Assembly (NCBI GenBank): GCA_964644425.1
Contig: CAZXVL010000002.1
Coordinates: 1-49,879, forward strand
Length of the DNA: 49,879 nucleotides
DNA from: an uncultured Candidatus Planktophila sp.
Lineage (GTDB): Bacteria; Actinomycetota; Actinomycetes; Nanopelagicales; Nanopelagicaceae
Reading direction: 5' to 3'
This document shows, in pieces, positions 1 to 9,142 of this stretch (within the stretch, counting starts at the first letter, position 1; each line of letters opens with the position of its first letter). Below the pieces are notes generated by a model. The model had not been told where the DNA came from. It saw nothing but the letters and a program-made list of their open reading frames with translations, and did not search any database. The translations under genes were made by a program, and so were the position numbers.

Positions 1-77
1 CTACTGTGCTGATCGGCTATGGGCAAAGATTACTGGGTCTGCCAGCTATTGGCACACTCTATACATGTGATTCAGGC

Positions 78-1430
78 TCAGCGTCGGATTATGGAGAGAA
101 GCTCATCGCGCAGAGCAGCCATCTCACTCTCGCTCGTGGCCTCAACATTGAGCCGCAGGAGAGGTTCTGTATTGGATGCACGAAGATTAAACCACCAGGT
201 GTCGCCTTCAACTGTTAAGCCATCAAGGCGATCTGTCGTGACTGCATTAATGGCTTTGTACTTCTCCTCAATCTCAGCTGTGATTGCAAGAGCATCATCG
301 ACTGTGGAGTTTATTTCACCACTTGAGCTATAACGTGCAAATGGTTGCAAAAGGTCAGAAAGTGAAAGTTCACTCTCGCCAAGTGCGGCGATTGCATGAA
401 GGGCTGCCAGCATTCCCGAGTCTGCGCGCCAGAAATCTCTAAAGTAGAAATGTCCTGAATGCTCTCCGCCAAAAACTGCACCAGTCTCTGCCATTAACTT
501 CTTAATGTAAGAGTGACCGACTCGCGAACGAACTGAAGTTCCGCCGGATTCAGCAACTACTTCACGGACTGCCTTTGAAGAGATGAGGTTGTAGATGATT
601 GTTGAACCTGGATACTTAACAAGCTCACGTTGAGCTATGAGAGATGTAAGAGATGATGGATTAACGAGCTCGCCATTTTGATCAACTAAGAAACATCGAT
701 CTGCATCGCCATCGAATGCAAGTCCGATATCGGCGCTATGTTTCTTAACCGCAGCCTGCAGGTCACGCAAGTTCTCCGGATCAATTGGGTTTGCCTCATG
801 ATTTGGAAAGGTTCCATCAAGTTCGTAGTACATCTCAATGACTTGCGCATTAATGCGTTTAAAGACTGCAGGGGCAGTATGTCCTGCCATTCCGTTTCCG
901 GCATCAATGACAATCTTGAGCGGGCGAATCTTTGAAACATCTACTAGAGAAAGAAGATGTGAAACATAGTCATCTAGCATCTCTTGACGACGCTCTACAC
1001 CTATTTGATTTGTAGACAAAGGTGAGCCTTCGTTGAGATAGCGCTCGATTGTAAGAAGTCCTGACTCTTTGCCAATTGGGCGAGCACCGCTCAGACACAA
1101 CTTGATGCCGTTATAGGCCGCAGGGTTATGACTTGCGGTAAACATTGCGCCAGGTAAGTTGAGCTTTCCTGCAGCGAAGTACAACATATCGGTCGAAGCT
1201 AGCCCGATACGAATAACATCGAGGCCTTGTGAATTTACTCCAGCGCTAAATGCATCGGCAAGATCTGGAGATGACGGACGCATATCTTCACCCACTACCA
1301 CTGTTGCAGGTTCGCGCTCATCTTTAAGGAATCGCGCATAAGCAACTCCAACACCAAATGCAAAATCAGGGGTTAGTTCCTCATCGACTAGACCACGAAT
1401 GTCATAGGCCTTAAAGATTGATCCGCTCAT
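78..1430 (-). CDS. manB: Phosphomannomutase/phosphoglucomutase
   Basis: FKAYDIRG N-terminus, TASHNP phosphoserine loop, FDGDADR metal loop, GGEHSGH sugar loop, RASNTEP. Confidence 0.95.
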   Translation of the reverse strand: MSGSIFKAYDIRGLVDEELTPDFAFGVGVAYARFLKDEREPATVVVGEDMRPSSPDLADAFSAGVNSQGLDVIRIGLASTDMLYFAAGKLNLPGAMFTASHNPAAYNGIKLCLSGARPIGKESGLLTIERYLNEGSPLSTNQIGVERRQEMLDDYVSHLLSLVDVSKIRPLKIVIDAGNGMAGHTAPAVFKRINAQVIEMYYELDGTFPNHEANPIDPENLRDLQAAVKKHSADIGLAFDGDADRCFLVDQNGELVNPSSLTSLIAQRELVKYPGSTIIYNLISSKAVREVVAESGGTSVRSRVGHSYIKKLMAETGAVFGGEHSGHFYFRDFWRADSGMLAALHAIAALGESELSLSDLLQPFARYSSSGEINSTVDDALAITAEIEEKYKAINAVTTDRLDGLTVEGDTWWFNLRASNTEPLLRLNVEATSESEMAALRDELLSIIRR

Positions 1431-1464
1431 AAATGCAATCTTATGTCAGGTACTGAGTCAGAGG

Positions 1465-1827
1465 TTAATTTGGAACCGCGCGAAGATGGCCGCGCCGTCC
1501 CACTGCTGCAATATCGGAAGTTACATTTGCTCGGGCTGTGTCAGTATGTGAACGAGCGACTTCGCGGACAGCATCTGCGATTGCCATTAAATCATCTTCG
1601 CTAGGACCTGAGCCTGTTGTAGAAATCTCTTCTCGATCCACGCTCCATCCATTCGGAACTGTCAGCTTTGATGCATGGCGTTCGCAGAGATCGTATGAGT
1701 GAGGCTCAGCAAAAGTTGCAATTGGCCCAAGAACCGCGCGGGAGTCTGAGTAAATATAAGTAAGAGTCATTGTTGCGACTGCGCGACAACTCACACGCGA
1801 ACAGCTGCGACCGGATAATGAACTCAT
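1465..1827 (-). CDS. DUF3499-family actinobacterial protein
   Basis: CSRxxC...ATMTLTYxYSD...EPHSYDLCERHA...VPNGW and DDLMAIADAVRE; usual neighbour of manB. Confidence 0.85.
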   Translation of the reverse strand: MSSLSGRSCSRVSCRAVATMTLTYIYSDSRAVLGPIATFAEPHSYDLCERHASKLTVPNGWSVDREEISTTGSGPSEDDLMAIADAVREVARSHTDTARANVTSDIAAVGRRGHLRAVPN

Positions 1828-1858
1828 GAGAAGAGATTAGTGGAGCGCAGGTGTATTT

Positions 1859-3160
1859 TTATGGAATCAACACTCGAATATTGGAACTAGGAATAGAGCT
1901 CTTTGTAAGGATGCTGCCTGGGGTCAATGGAGCAAAACCGTATCCACTCTGTGATGAAATCAGCAGAGCTCCGTAAGTTTTCTCAGAGGTCTTGGTCACA
2001 GTGATTGTGCGTACCTTCTCTCCAATTTGTTGAGTCAGGACACCTGATCCGCGAAGTTCGATTTTTCGGACAACCCCCTTAGGAGAACCGAGTTCGATAT
2101 CAACAGAAATCTTCTCCCCTGTCAGCACGAGCAGAGGCGCTGCTCCAGTTACTGAATATCGGCTCGGAACGAGTTCTGGGACCGGTGTATTCCAGACAAA
2201 ATCGGATTTTCCACCCACTGAAGTCTGACTCTTCACAGATGCAATGATTGGTCTATCTGCTTTGAGGGTAAGTGCAAACTTTCCCGTGCCTGAGACAAGG
2301 TTTAATGGAAGTTCTACCACCGTTCCTGCAGCGATGTTCTTTCCATCAATTCCCGCAGGTGCAAAGGTGCCATCGCTAGTAGTAAGAGTCGCAGAGAGAG
2401 TTGCCGGTACCTCCCCTGGCACGAGAATACGAAGGGTGTGCCCAAGAGCCTTATTTCGAATGACGGTATGAGGAATTCCAGCGATCACAATCTCTTTAGC
2501 TGCAGATTCAACAGAGTTAACGGTGTCTCCGCCAAGTGCACGTAGACCACGACCGCGTTCATCGATAAGGAACCCGTTGATGCGTCCTGTCTGTGGAGTG
2601 ATATGGATTGCAATCTTGGAGGCACCTGGTGCTAGAGATGCAAGAGTGAAGCTCTTGAAGGAGTTAGCTCGAACTCCAACGCTCTGCTCGCCTTGCATGC
2701 CTTTCTCGGTATAGATAGTAAGTGAAACTATTGCACGCCCAAGACCACTATTGACCAATGTGAGCTTTCCTTTTGAAGTTACATCTGCAGTTCCACCAAC
2801 AAACCATTGAGAGGTGACAGGAGAGAGACATGTCAGCGCACCTGCCCAAACACCAGATCGCGCTTGCCATGTAATAGGAGTTGACTCTTCAGAGTTAACA
2901 ATAAGTGCTTGGCTCGTGCCAGACAGACGACTGTTTCCAGCGCTTTTGAATTCCATTGTTGATGTGCCGCTCTTGCGCACAGAAACCTTGGTTGATTCCA
3001 ATGAGATAAATGAACTCTCTCCATCGCCATTGACTGGGCAAACTACCGCTGGATAGCTCTCAACATAACCAGTGCTCTTGCTGGTGAATGAGGCGAGGTT
3101 TGCATAGAGTGCAAGTGCGATAAAAGCGGCGATGAGTTTTGTATTTCTATTGATCTTCAT
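1859..3160 (-). CDS. Secreted/membrane-anchored beta-rich protein (DUF5719-like)
   Basis: Start moved to ATG 3160 (MKINRN), which forms an ATGA overlap with the upstream GT stop; N-terminal hydrophobic helix, two Cys, WFVGG...LTLVN motif. Confidence 0.7.
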   Translation of the reverse strand: MKINRNTKLIAAFIALALYANLASFTSKSTGYVESYPAVVCPVNGDGESSFISLESTKVSVRKSGTSTMEFKSAGNSRLSGTSQALIVNSEESTPITWQARSGVWAGALTCLSPVTSQWFVGGTADVTSKGKLTLVNSGLGRAIVSLTIYTEKGMQGEQSVGVRANSFKSFTLASLAPGASKIAIHITPQTGRINGFLIDERGRGLRALGGDTVNSVESAAKEIVIAGIPHTVIRNKALGHTLRILVPGEVPATLSATLTTSDGTFAPAGIDGKNIAAGTVVELPLNLVSGTGKFALTLKADRPIIASVKSQTSVGGKSDFVWNTPVPELVPSRYSVTGAAPLLVLTGEKISVDIELGSPKGVVRKIELRGSGVLTQQIGEKVRTITVTKTSEKTYGALLISSQSGYGFAPLTPGSILTKSSIPSSNIRVLIP

Positions 3161-6100
3161 GCAAGCTCCTGATCTGACATCTCGCGACGTCGTCGACCAC
3201 CAGGTAGTGCCATGATGAGGGTTGTAACAAAGGCGATAATAAAGATAGATATCCACGCACGGCGTTTTGTGCCATCGTGGAGGAAGAAGACTTCTCCGGC
3301 TTGCGTTACCTTAAAGGTTGGAAGACCAAAATCACTTCTGCCTCGATCTAGTTCAATACCCGATGCAATCGCCTGCCATGAACTGCTGTAATTCTCAGTC
3401 AGGGTGAGCGTTCCAGCACCGGGTGCAGTCACGACTCCTAACTCCTTATCCAGAATTGTCACCTTGCCGCTAAAGTCAGTGAAGATAACGCTGCCAGTGG
3501 GCTCGATTACCTTCCACACAGTGCCGACATCGGTGGAGGATTCACGTGCAAACCCTCCGATTCCATCAATTGTTTGAATGAGCTCTTGATTTGCTGGGTT
3601 AGCAACAAAAACATATTTCACGCCAAATGCTGCAAGAACTTTGCTGCTGGTCACACCAGTGTTATCAATCAGACCTTCAACTGCCGCTGCAATCGTTGGG
3701 TCAACATCTCGCGAAACGTCAGCCTCACCGAGAGTGACATCAGATCCTCGTGAGATGAAATATGCAAGAGATGTGTGAGCCTCTGTCTTAAGTGGTCTGA
3801 TTACAAGCGACTTTGCATCTTCTTCCACAGATAGATAGGCAGGAAGTATTGGGGCTGCATTGTTATAGACGGGGGAATTTCCTCCAGCAGAAATAACCCA
3901 GAGCGAAGATGTAGCGCTATAAACAATAGAAACAAGAAGTACAAAAGCGACCGCGAAGTGCTGGTAGTTCAATTTAGTCTGCTCAAGGCGTGAGCGCACA
4001 TCATCGAACATTAAGACTGTTGCCACTATCGCCAAGAATGTTGCAAATGCAAGGAAGGTTCCCGAATAGACGAAACCTTGCGCTGATGACCCATTGCCGG
4101 AGATCAAGATGGATCCAGCAACGGTCCCAATAAAGAGAAATGAGATTCCAAGAGTTGCATATCTGCGCGCCGATGAAATCGAGAAGAAGGTAACGATGAG
4201 CAAGAGAGTTACAGGGCTAAGAGACCACCAAGGAAGTGATCCTGCCCCTCCAGGGTTAGCCAGAAGAGCCATGGTTGCTCCTCCGCCAGGTTCTTGAATA
4301 CCAATCTCCATCAGCATTCGCATTGGATGAACGAAGTAACTCAAAGACTGAGGGGCAAGGAGTAAGAACGGGATTCCTAAAAGAATAAAGCGACGAGCAG
4401 CTCTAATGCGGAAAAGTCTCTCTTTATATTTCATATCGAGAGCGACAAAGTCACGGTAGATGAAGAAGAGGGTAAAGATTGCAATGACAAGCAGAAGTTG
4501 AGGATTAAATGCGGCCAGCACCCACAGAAGAAGTGAGATTGCAAAGAGGTATCGCAGTGGTGCATCTTCAATCTTCTCCCAATTGCCATCCTCAATCTTG
4601 AGAGCAGTGATGAGCACAGGCAGAAGGATCAAAAGGAGTACTACACCTAAACGCCCTGAGTTAATTGCTGAGATTGAAATCGGTGAAAGCGCATATAAAA
4701 GTGCGCCCGCAGCAGAAAGGGCAGCACTCGATGTCAAACGCTTAAGGTATGTGTGGGCGCTCCAAAGCGATAGAAATGGTGCGACGATAAAGAAGAGTGA
4801 GATCAATAGCGCTGTGTTACCAAGAGTGACTAGTGATGCCAGGGCCAATATCAGTGTCCAAATGGGCGCTTCAATATTGCTACCCATTCCGATGTAATGC
4901 CAACTCTCGGTAAAGAACTTAATGAGATCTCCCGCACCTTCAGGAGAGACTGCAAGTGCTCCGCCAGATATTGCACCCAGACGATGTCGAGTCCAGCCAA
5001 ATGTCAGAATCGCCAAAGCAATGAGTGCAATGATGAAAGGCCGAGTTAGGAGAGATTTCCAAGGATTGCCAGGCAAGGGAGAGAGAATCTCTTCATCCTC
5101 ATTGATCTCGAGATCGCTCAAAGCAGGAGCGCTTTCATCAATCTCATCGGGGAAAATTCTTACTCGTAAATTCTCTATGTTTCGGCTGACGCCACTTCGT
5201 AGTTGAGTCCATCGTGAAGGAATGAATTGAAGAACATTGCTCGAAGAGACTAATCGTTGAGCGCGGCGAGATTTTCGCGCGGCAAGAAGTTCGCCCGGAT
5301 GAATAAGCAGCGATGCAATCGCAAGAATTTCATCGCTGGCATAGCCTGGCAATTTTGCAAAGAGGAAGGCGATTGAGCGAAGAACTGCGCCGCTAAGGAG
5401 TTGAAGTGCCAACAGCGGCAATCGCCACCAGGAAGAATTTGCAAGCAATACATATGCTGCGTTTCGGCGGTCAAGCAGAAGTGGGCGATGTAGTGGCGCA
5501 CCTTCGATATCAATCGCACGACGTTCAGATGAAGCAGCTTGTGCGTGGTAACCAATTGCTGAAGTCACAGCAAGTACTGAATAACCTGCTGCGTGCGCTC
5601 TCCAGCCAAAGTCAACGTCATCTCTAAAGAGTTCAAGGTTGGGATCGTAACCACCGAGTTCTTCAAATACGTCACGGCGAATCAACGCACCTGCTGTACT
5701 AACTGATAAAACTTCATGTGTTCCATCGCGCTGACCTTGATCGTATTCATGGGGCTCAAGTCCAGTCCATCGTGAACCATTTGTTGCAATTGAAATTCCT
5801 GCTTCAAGAAGGTGTGTGCGATCATGCCATCCAAGAAGTTTTGGTCCAGCCATTGCAATGTTTGGGCGACATTCAACAGCGGCAAGCAACTCTTCGAGTG
5901 CACGTGGGTCTAGTGCACAATCATCATGGAGAATCCAGAGCCACTCTTCTTGGCCTTCAATTGATGGAGGTAGCTGCGAAAGGCCGAAGCTGATTGCTTT
6001 TCCAAATGATGTGGTGCGATCTAATGTAATTGTTGGAATGCGAGCGCCTTTGAGTAGCTTGGCGGAGGCATCGTTAGAACCTGTATCTATTGCAAGGATT

Positions 6101-6204
6101 TGATCTGCGGCAAGATTCTGTGAGGCAATAGATGCGACAACTTCGGGAAGCCATGTTGCTCCATCGTGCACCACAAGGAGAGCGGTGATCCGCGGATTGC
6201 TCAT
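3157..6204 (-). CDS. Large family-2 glycosyltransferase fused to a multi-pass membrane domain
   Basis: VVHDG, WLWILHDD (DxD-like), GPKL, GGYDP...RDDVDFGWR in the first ~300 aa, then many hydrophobic helices. Confidence 0.85.
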   Translation of the reverse strand: MSNPRITALLVVHDGATWLPEVVASIASQNLAADQILAIDTGSNDASAKLLKGARIPTITLDRTTSFGKAISFGLSQLPPSIEGQEEWLWILHDDCALDPRALEELLAAVECRPNIAMAGPKLLGWHDRTHLLEAGISIATNGSRWTGLEPHEYDQGQRDGTHEVLSVSTAGALIRRDVFEELGGYDPNLELFRDDVDFGWRAHAAGYSVLAVTSAIGYHAQAASSERRAIDIEGAPLHRPLLLDRRNAAYVLLANSSWWRLPLLALQLLSGAVLRSIAFLFAKLPGYASDEILAIASLLIHPGELLAARKSRRAQRLVSSSNVLQFIPSRWTQLRSGVSRNIENLRVRIFPDEIDESAPALSDLEINEDEEILSPLPGNPWKSLLTRPFIIALIALAILTFGWTRHRLGAISGGALAVSPEGAGDLIKFFTESWHYIGMGSNIEAPIWTLILALASLVTLGNTALLISLFFIVAPFLSLWSAHTYLKRLTSSAALSAAGALLYALSPISISAINSGRLGVVLLLILLPVLITALKIEDGNWEKIEDAPLRYLFAISLLLWVLAAFNPQLLLVIAIFTLFFIYRDFVALDMKYKERLFRIRAARRFILLGIPFLLLAPQSLSYFVHPMRMLMEIGIQEPGGGATMALLANPGGAGSLPWWSLSPVTLLLIVTFFSISSARRYATLGISFLFIGTVAGSILISGNGSSAQGFVYSGTFLAFATFLAIVATVLMFDDVRSRLEQTKLNYQHFAVAFVLLVSIVYSATSSLWVISAGGNSPVYNNAAPILPAYLSVEEDAKSLVIRPLKTEAHTSLAYFISRGSDVTLGEADVSRDVDPTIAAAVEGLIDNTGVTSSKVLAAFGVKYVFVANPANQELIQTIDGIGGFARESSTDVGTVWKVIEPTGSVIFTDFSGKVTILDKELGVVTAPGAGTLTLTENYSSSWQAIASGIELDRGRSDFGLPTFKVTQAGEVFFLHDGTKRRAWISIFIIAFVTTLIMALPGGRRRREMSDQELA

Positions 6205-6252
6205 TCTTGGCTTCCTAGCTCTTCTTCGTCTCGTAGCGAGAGCGAGAGCTCT

Positions 6253-6558
6253 TTACGCGCGACGCTTTAGACGACGACGTTCGCGCTCTGAAAGTCCACC
6301 CCAAATACCAAAACGCTCATCGTGAGCAAGGGCGTATTCAAGACATTCCTGGCGAACATCGCATGATTGGCAGACGCGCTTAGCCTCGCGAGTAGAGCCA
6401 CCCTTTTCTGGGAAGAAGGCCTCGGGATCAGTCTGTGCACAAAGTGAGCGCTCCTGCCAGGAGAGCTCCATGTTCTCGCCGCTTGCGAGCTGAATTGTTG
6501 GTCCAGCCGTAGGGGCTGATGACTTACTTGTTGAGAAACCTTCTGGGCGGATCGGCAT
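6253..6558 (-). CDS. whiB: WhiB-family Fe-S transcription regulator (WhiB/WhiB2 type)
   Basis: WQERSLCAQTDPEAFFPEKGGSTREAKRVCQSCDVRQECLEYAL...GIWGGLSERERR; AAGGAG SD upstream. Confidence 0.96.
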   Translation of the reverse strand: MPIRPEGFSTSKSSAPTAGPTIQLASGENMELSWQERSLCAQTDPEAFFPEKGGSTREAKRVCQSCDVRQECLEYALAHDERFGIWGGLSERERRRLKRRA

Positions 6559-6619
6559 TCGTCGAATCTCCTTGCAGAACTAATGGCGCAAACCGTGAGT
6601 GGCTTGTTGGCCGTATAGG

Positions 6620-6664
6620 AGTGAATTACACCCATGTAATCCCTGTAAGTCAACCCCGCGGGGT
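6620..6664 (-). promoter_or_regulatory. Probable whiB promoter with palindromic sites
   Basis: Minus strand TTGACT (6648-6653), 17 nt, then TGTAATTCACTC; ATTACA-N4-TGTAAT dyad at 6625-6640; perfect palindrome ACCCCGCGGGGT at 6653-6664. Confidence 0.6.
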
Positions 6665-6701
6665 CAGAAAGGCTGGTCAGATACGCTCAAAAATCGACTT
6701 T

Positions 6702-7670
6702 TTAAAGATTTATAGGCTCAGAAAGGGTAGTTGAGAGATATTTCTCGCTCTCAATCACACCTGCTGCAATATCGGTTGAGTGAAAGATAAAGCAATTACG
6801 TAGCTGGGCGCCCTCGCCAATAGAGACTCCATCTCCAATGATGCAGTTATCAATCACCGCTCCTGCAGCTACGAAGACCCCTCTTCCAAGGGAGCTCTTT
6901 CCAGAAATGGTGGCGGTGGAGTCGATGGCGCAATCAGCCATAGCTTGAAAATCTCCCTCAATCAGATCGCGCGATCCCTTAAAGAGGGCAGCTGGCGTTC
7001 CCACATCCAGCCAGTAGGCCTGTTCTTTATATCCGAAGACTGGCTGGCCGCTTGCTACTAGAGCAGGGAAGGTCTCGCGTTCGATGCTGACAACTTTTCC
7101 GAGAGGAATATTAGAAATAACAGATGGCTGGAAGATATAGCAACCGGCATTGATCGAGTTGGTAACAGGGTTATCCATCTTTTCCAAGAAAGCAGTGACT
7201 CGACCCTCGCTATCAGTTGGTACGCAACCAAATGCTCGTGCATCTTCAACTTCAATAAGGTGCAAAGTTGCAGCTGCGCCTTTTGATTGATGAAACGCAA
7301 TCTGATCTGCAATTGAATGGCGGCTGAGGACATCTCCATTAAAAATCACAATTGGTTCATCGTGATGCGTGGCAAGATCTAATAGCTCTGCAGCATTGCG
7401 AATAGCACCTCCTGTACCAAGGGGCTCCTTCTCAACGGCATACAAAATCTTTATACCCCAACGAGATCCATTTCCAAAGTAAGGCGTAAAGACTTCAGAG
7501 AGATAGGAGGTAGCAAGAACAAGTGTGTGGATTCCAGCTTTCTTGGCAGCAAGAATTTGGTGTTCCGTCACTGGAAGTCCCGCGACAGGAAGCATGGGCT
7601 TCGGTGACTCCGAGGTTAAAGGCTTCAATCGTGTGCCATAACCACCGACAAGCAAAATGCCCAGAGCCAT
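6702..7670 (-). CDS. manC: NDP-sugar pyrophosphorylase, probably mannose-1-phosphate guanylyltransferase
   Basis: LVGGYGTRLKPLT...PKPMLP, EPLGTGGA, NGDV, FLEK, INAGCY, YWLDVGT, short C-terminal hexapeptide repeats; near manB. Confidence 0.85.
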   Translation of the reverse strand: MALGILLVGGYGTRLKPLTSESPKPMLPVAGLPVTEHQILAAKKAGIHTLVLATSYLSEVFTPYFGNGSRWGIKILYAVEKEPLGTGGAIRNAAELLDLATHHDEPIVIFNGDVLSRHSIADQIAFHQSKGAAATLHLIEVEDARAFGCVPTDSEGRVTAFLEKMDNPVTNSINAGCYIFQPSVISNIPLGKVVSIERETFPALVASGQPVFGYKEQAYWLDVGTPAALFKGSRDLIEGDFQAMADCAIDSTATISGKSSLGRGVFVAAGAVIDNCIIGDGVSIGEGAQLRNCFIFHSTDIAAGVIESEKYLSTTLSEPINL

Positions 7671-7672
7671 CG

Positions 7673-8755
7673 CTATGCCTTAACTGCAGCCAGGATGCGT
7701 GCTGCAGCTTCACTGATCTGAGTATCTGTTGCTGTCATTGCAATGCGAATATGTGTGCCATCTCCATAGAAGATTCCGGGAGTTGCAAGGATGCCGAGTG
7801 AGGCCAGCCAATCAACTGATTGCCAGCAATCCTCGTTACGAGTTGCCCAGAGATAGAGGCCGGCTTCAGAGAAATCAATGGAGAAACCTGCTGCTTCAAG
7901 GGCTGGAGTCAGGAGATCCTTACGTGCGTTATAGCGCGCCCGTTGCTGTGCAACATGAACAGAGTCAGAGAGTGCAGCAATCATCGCTTTCTGCACAGGA
8001 AGTGGAACCATCATTCCTGCATGTTTGCGCACTTCAAGAATTTCTGCGATGAGGGTGGGGTCTCCAACAACAAATGCGGCGCGATAACCCGCAAGGTTTG
8101 AGCGCTTTGAAAGAGAGTGCACTGCAAGGATGTTTGTATTGTCTCCACCAGTATGGGCGAGAATCGAAGTTGGAGTTTTCGTTTTTCCAAACTCGAGATA
8201 ACACTCATCAGAGACGACAACACCACCCGTTGCGCGCGACCAATTAATTGCCGTCTCATATTCAGATGGCGAATGCACGCGACCGGTTGGATTGGATGGC
8301 GAATTAACCCACGCTAAATCTGCCTGCGGCCACAGTGATGCATCAATTCCAACTGGGATGGCCTCAGATTGAGAGAGAAGTGCACCCACCAAGTAAGTTG
8401 GATAGGCAACTTCTGGATAGAGAACTCTCTTTGATTGTAGAAAGGTTGGCAGCCATGCAACAAACTCTTTCGAGCCAATAAGTGGAAGGACTCCAAAGTC
8501 ACCAGTTGCACCAAGGCTGCTTTTTGCCCATTCAGTAAGTGCAGCGCGTAACTCTGGAGTTCCCATAGTCACTGGGTATCCAGGAGAGTTAGCTGCATCG
8601 GCTAGTGCAACCTGAATAAATTCAGGAGTTGGATCGACAGGTGTACCTACAGAGAGATCGATTGCACCATCTAAATGAGTACGCGCTTTCACTCCGTAGG
8701 GAGCGAGCGCATCCCATGGAAAATCAGGAAGCTTGTGGGCCAAGTGCGCTGACAT
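7673..8755 (-). CDS. dapC: Succinyldiaminopimelate transaminase
   Basis: LPDFPWD, DLSVGTPVDPTP, NSPSNPTG, SDECY, SLSKRSNLAGYR (PLP Lys); follows fdxA. Start moved to ATG 8755. Confidence 0.92.
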   Translation of the reverse strand: MSAHLAHKLPDFPWDALAPYGVKARTHLDGAIDLSVGTPVDPTPEFIQVALADAANSPGYPVTMGTPELRAALTEWAKSSLGATGDFGVLPLIGSKEFVAWLPTFLQSKRVLYPEVAYPTYLVGALLSQSEAIPVGIDASLWPQADLAWVNSPSNPTGRVHSPSEYETAINWSRATGGVVVSDECYLEFGKTKTPTSILAHTGGDNTNILAVHSLSKRSNLAGYRAAFVVGDPTLIAEILEVRKHAGMMVPLPVQKAMIAALSDSVHVAQQRARYNARKDLLTPALEAAGFSIDFSEAGLYLWATRNEDCWQSVDWLASLGILATPGIFYGDGTHIRIAMTATDTQISEAAARILAAVKA

Positions 8756-9044
8756 CTGGGTGGTCTGAGTTTGTCTCCCCCACCTTTGATGCGCCTCCTG
8801 GAGAGCCAAGCTCAACAAAGAATTCTGTATTGATCTTCTTATAATCCTGCCACTGTCCAGGAACATCATCTTCGTAATAGATAGCTTCTACTGGACATAC
8901 AGGCTCACAAGCACCGCAATCAACGCACTCATCTGGCTGGATATAGAGCATGCGTGAGCCTTCGTAGATGCAATCTACGGGGCACTCTTCACGACAAGAC
9001 TTATCTTTGACATCCACACACGGCTGGGCGATCACATAGGTCAC
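8724..9044 (-). CDS. fdxA: 7Fe ferredoxin
   Basis: MTYVIAQPCVDVKDKSCREECPVDCIYEG...CVDCGACEPVCPVEAI; GAGGAGG SD before the GTG. Confidence 0.96.
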   Translation of the reverse strand: MTYVIAQPCVDVKDKSCREECPVDCIYEGSRMLYIQPDECVDCGACEPVCPVEAIYYEDDVPGQWQDYKKINTEFFVELGSPGGASKVGETNSDHPDVSALGPQAS

Positions 9045-9142
9045 GAAGGGCCTCCTCTTTACAGTTGCGACTCCACGATTGGTTGAAGCCAGGCGGTAAT
9101 TCTAACCCCGCAACCACCACTCTGCACGATTATGGTTATCTA

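Noticed and set aside
1-77. Possible riboswitch or small ORF downstream of manB
   Set aside because: Only a 5-bp stem (TGCCA/TGGCA) and a possible minus-strand TAATCT at 27-32; no riboswitch consensus recognised and the context is cut by the window edge.
6205-6252. Imperfect hairpin between whiB and the large glycosyltransferase
   Set aside because: AGCTCT/AGAGCT and TCTCG/CGAGA arms are interrupted by bulges and there is no U-tract; too weak to call a terminator.
6689-6700. 12-mer AAAAATCGACTT present in two intergenic regions (6689-6700 and 49190-49201)
   Set aside because: Only two AT-rich copies, at different distances from their promoters and upstream of unrelated genes; compatible with chance.
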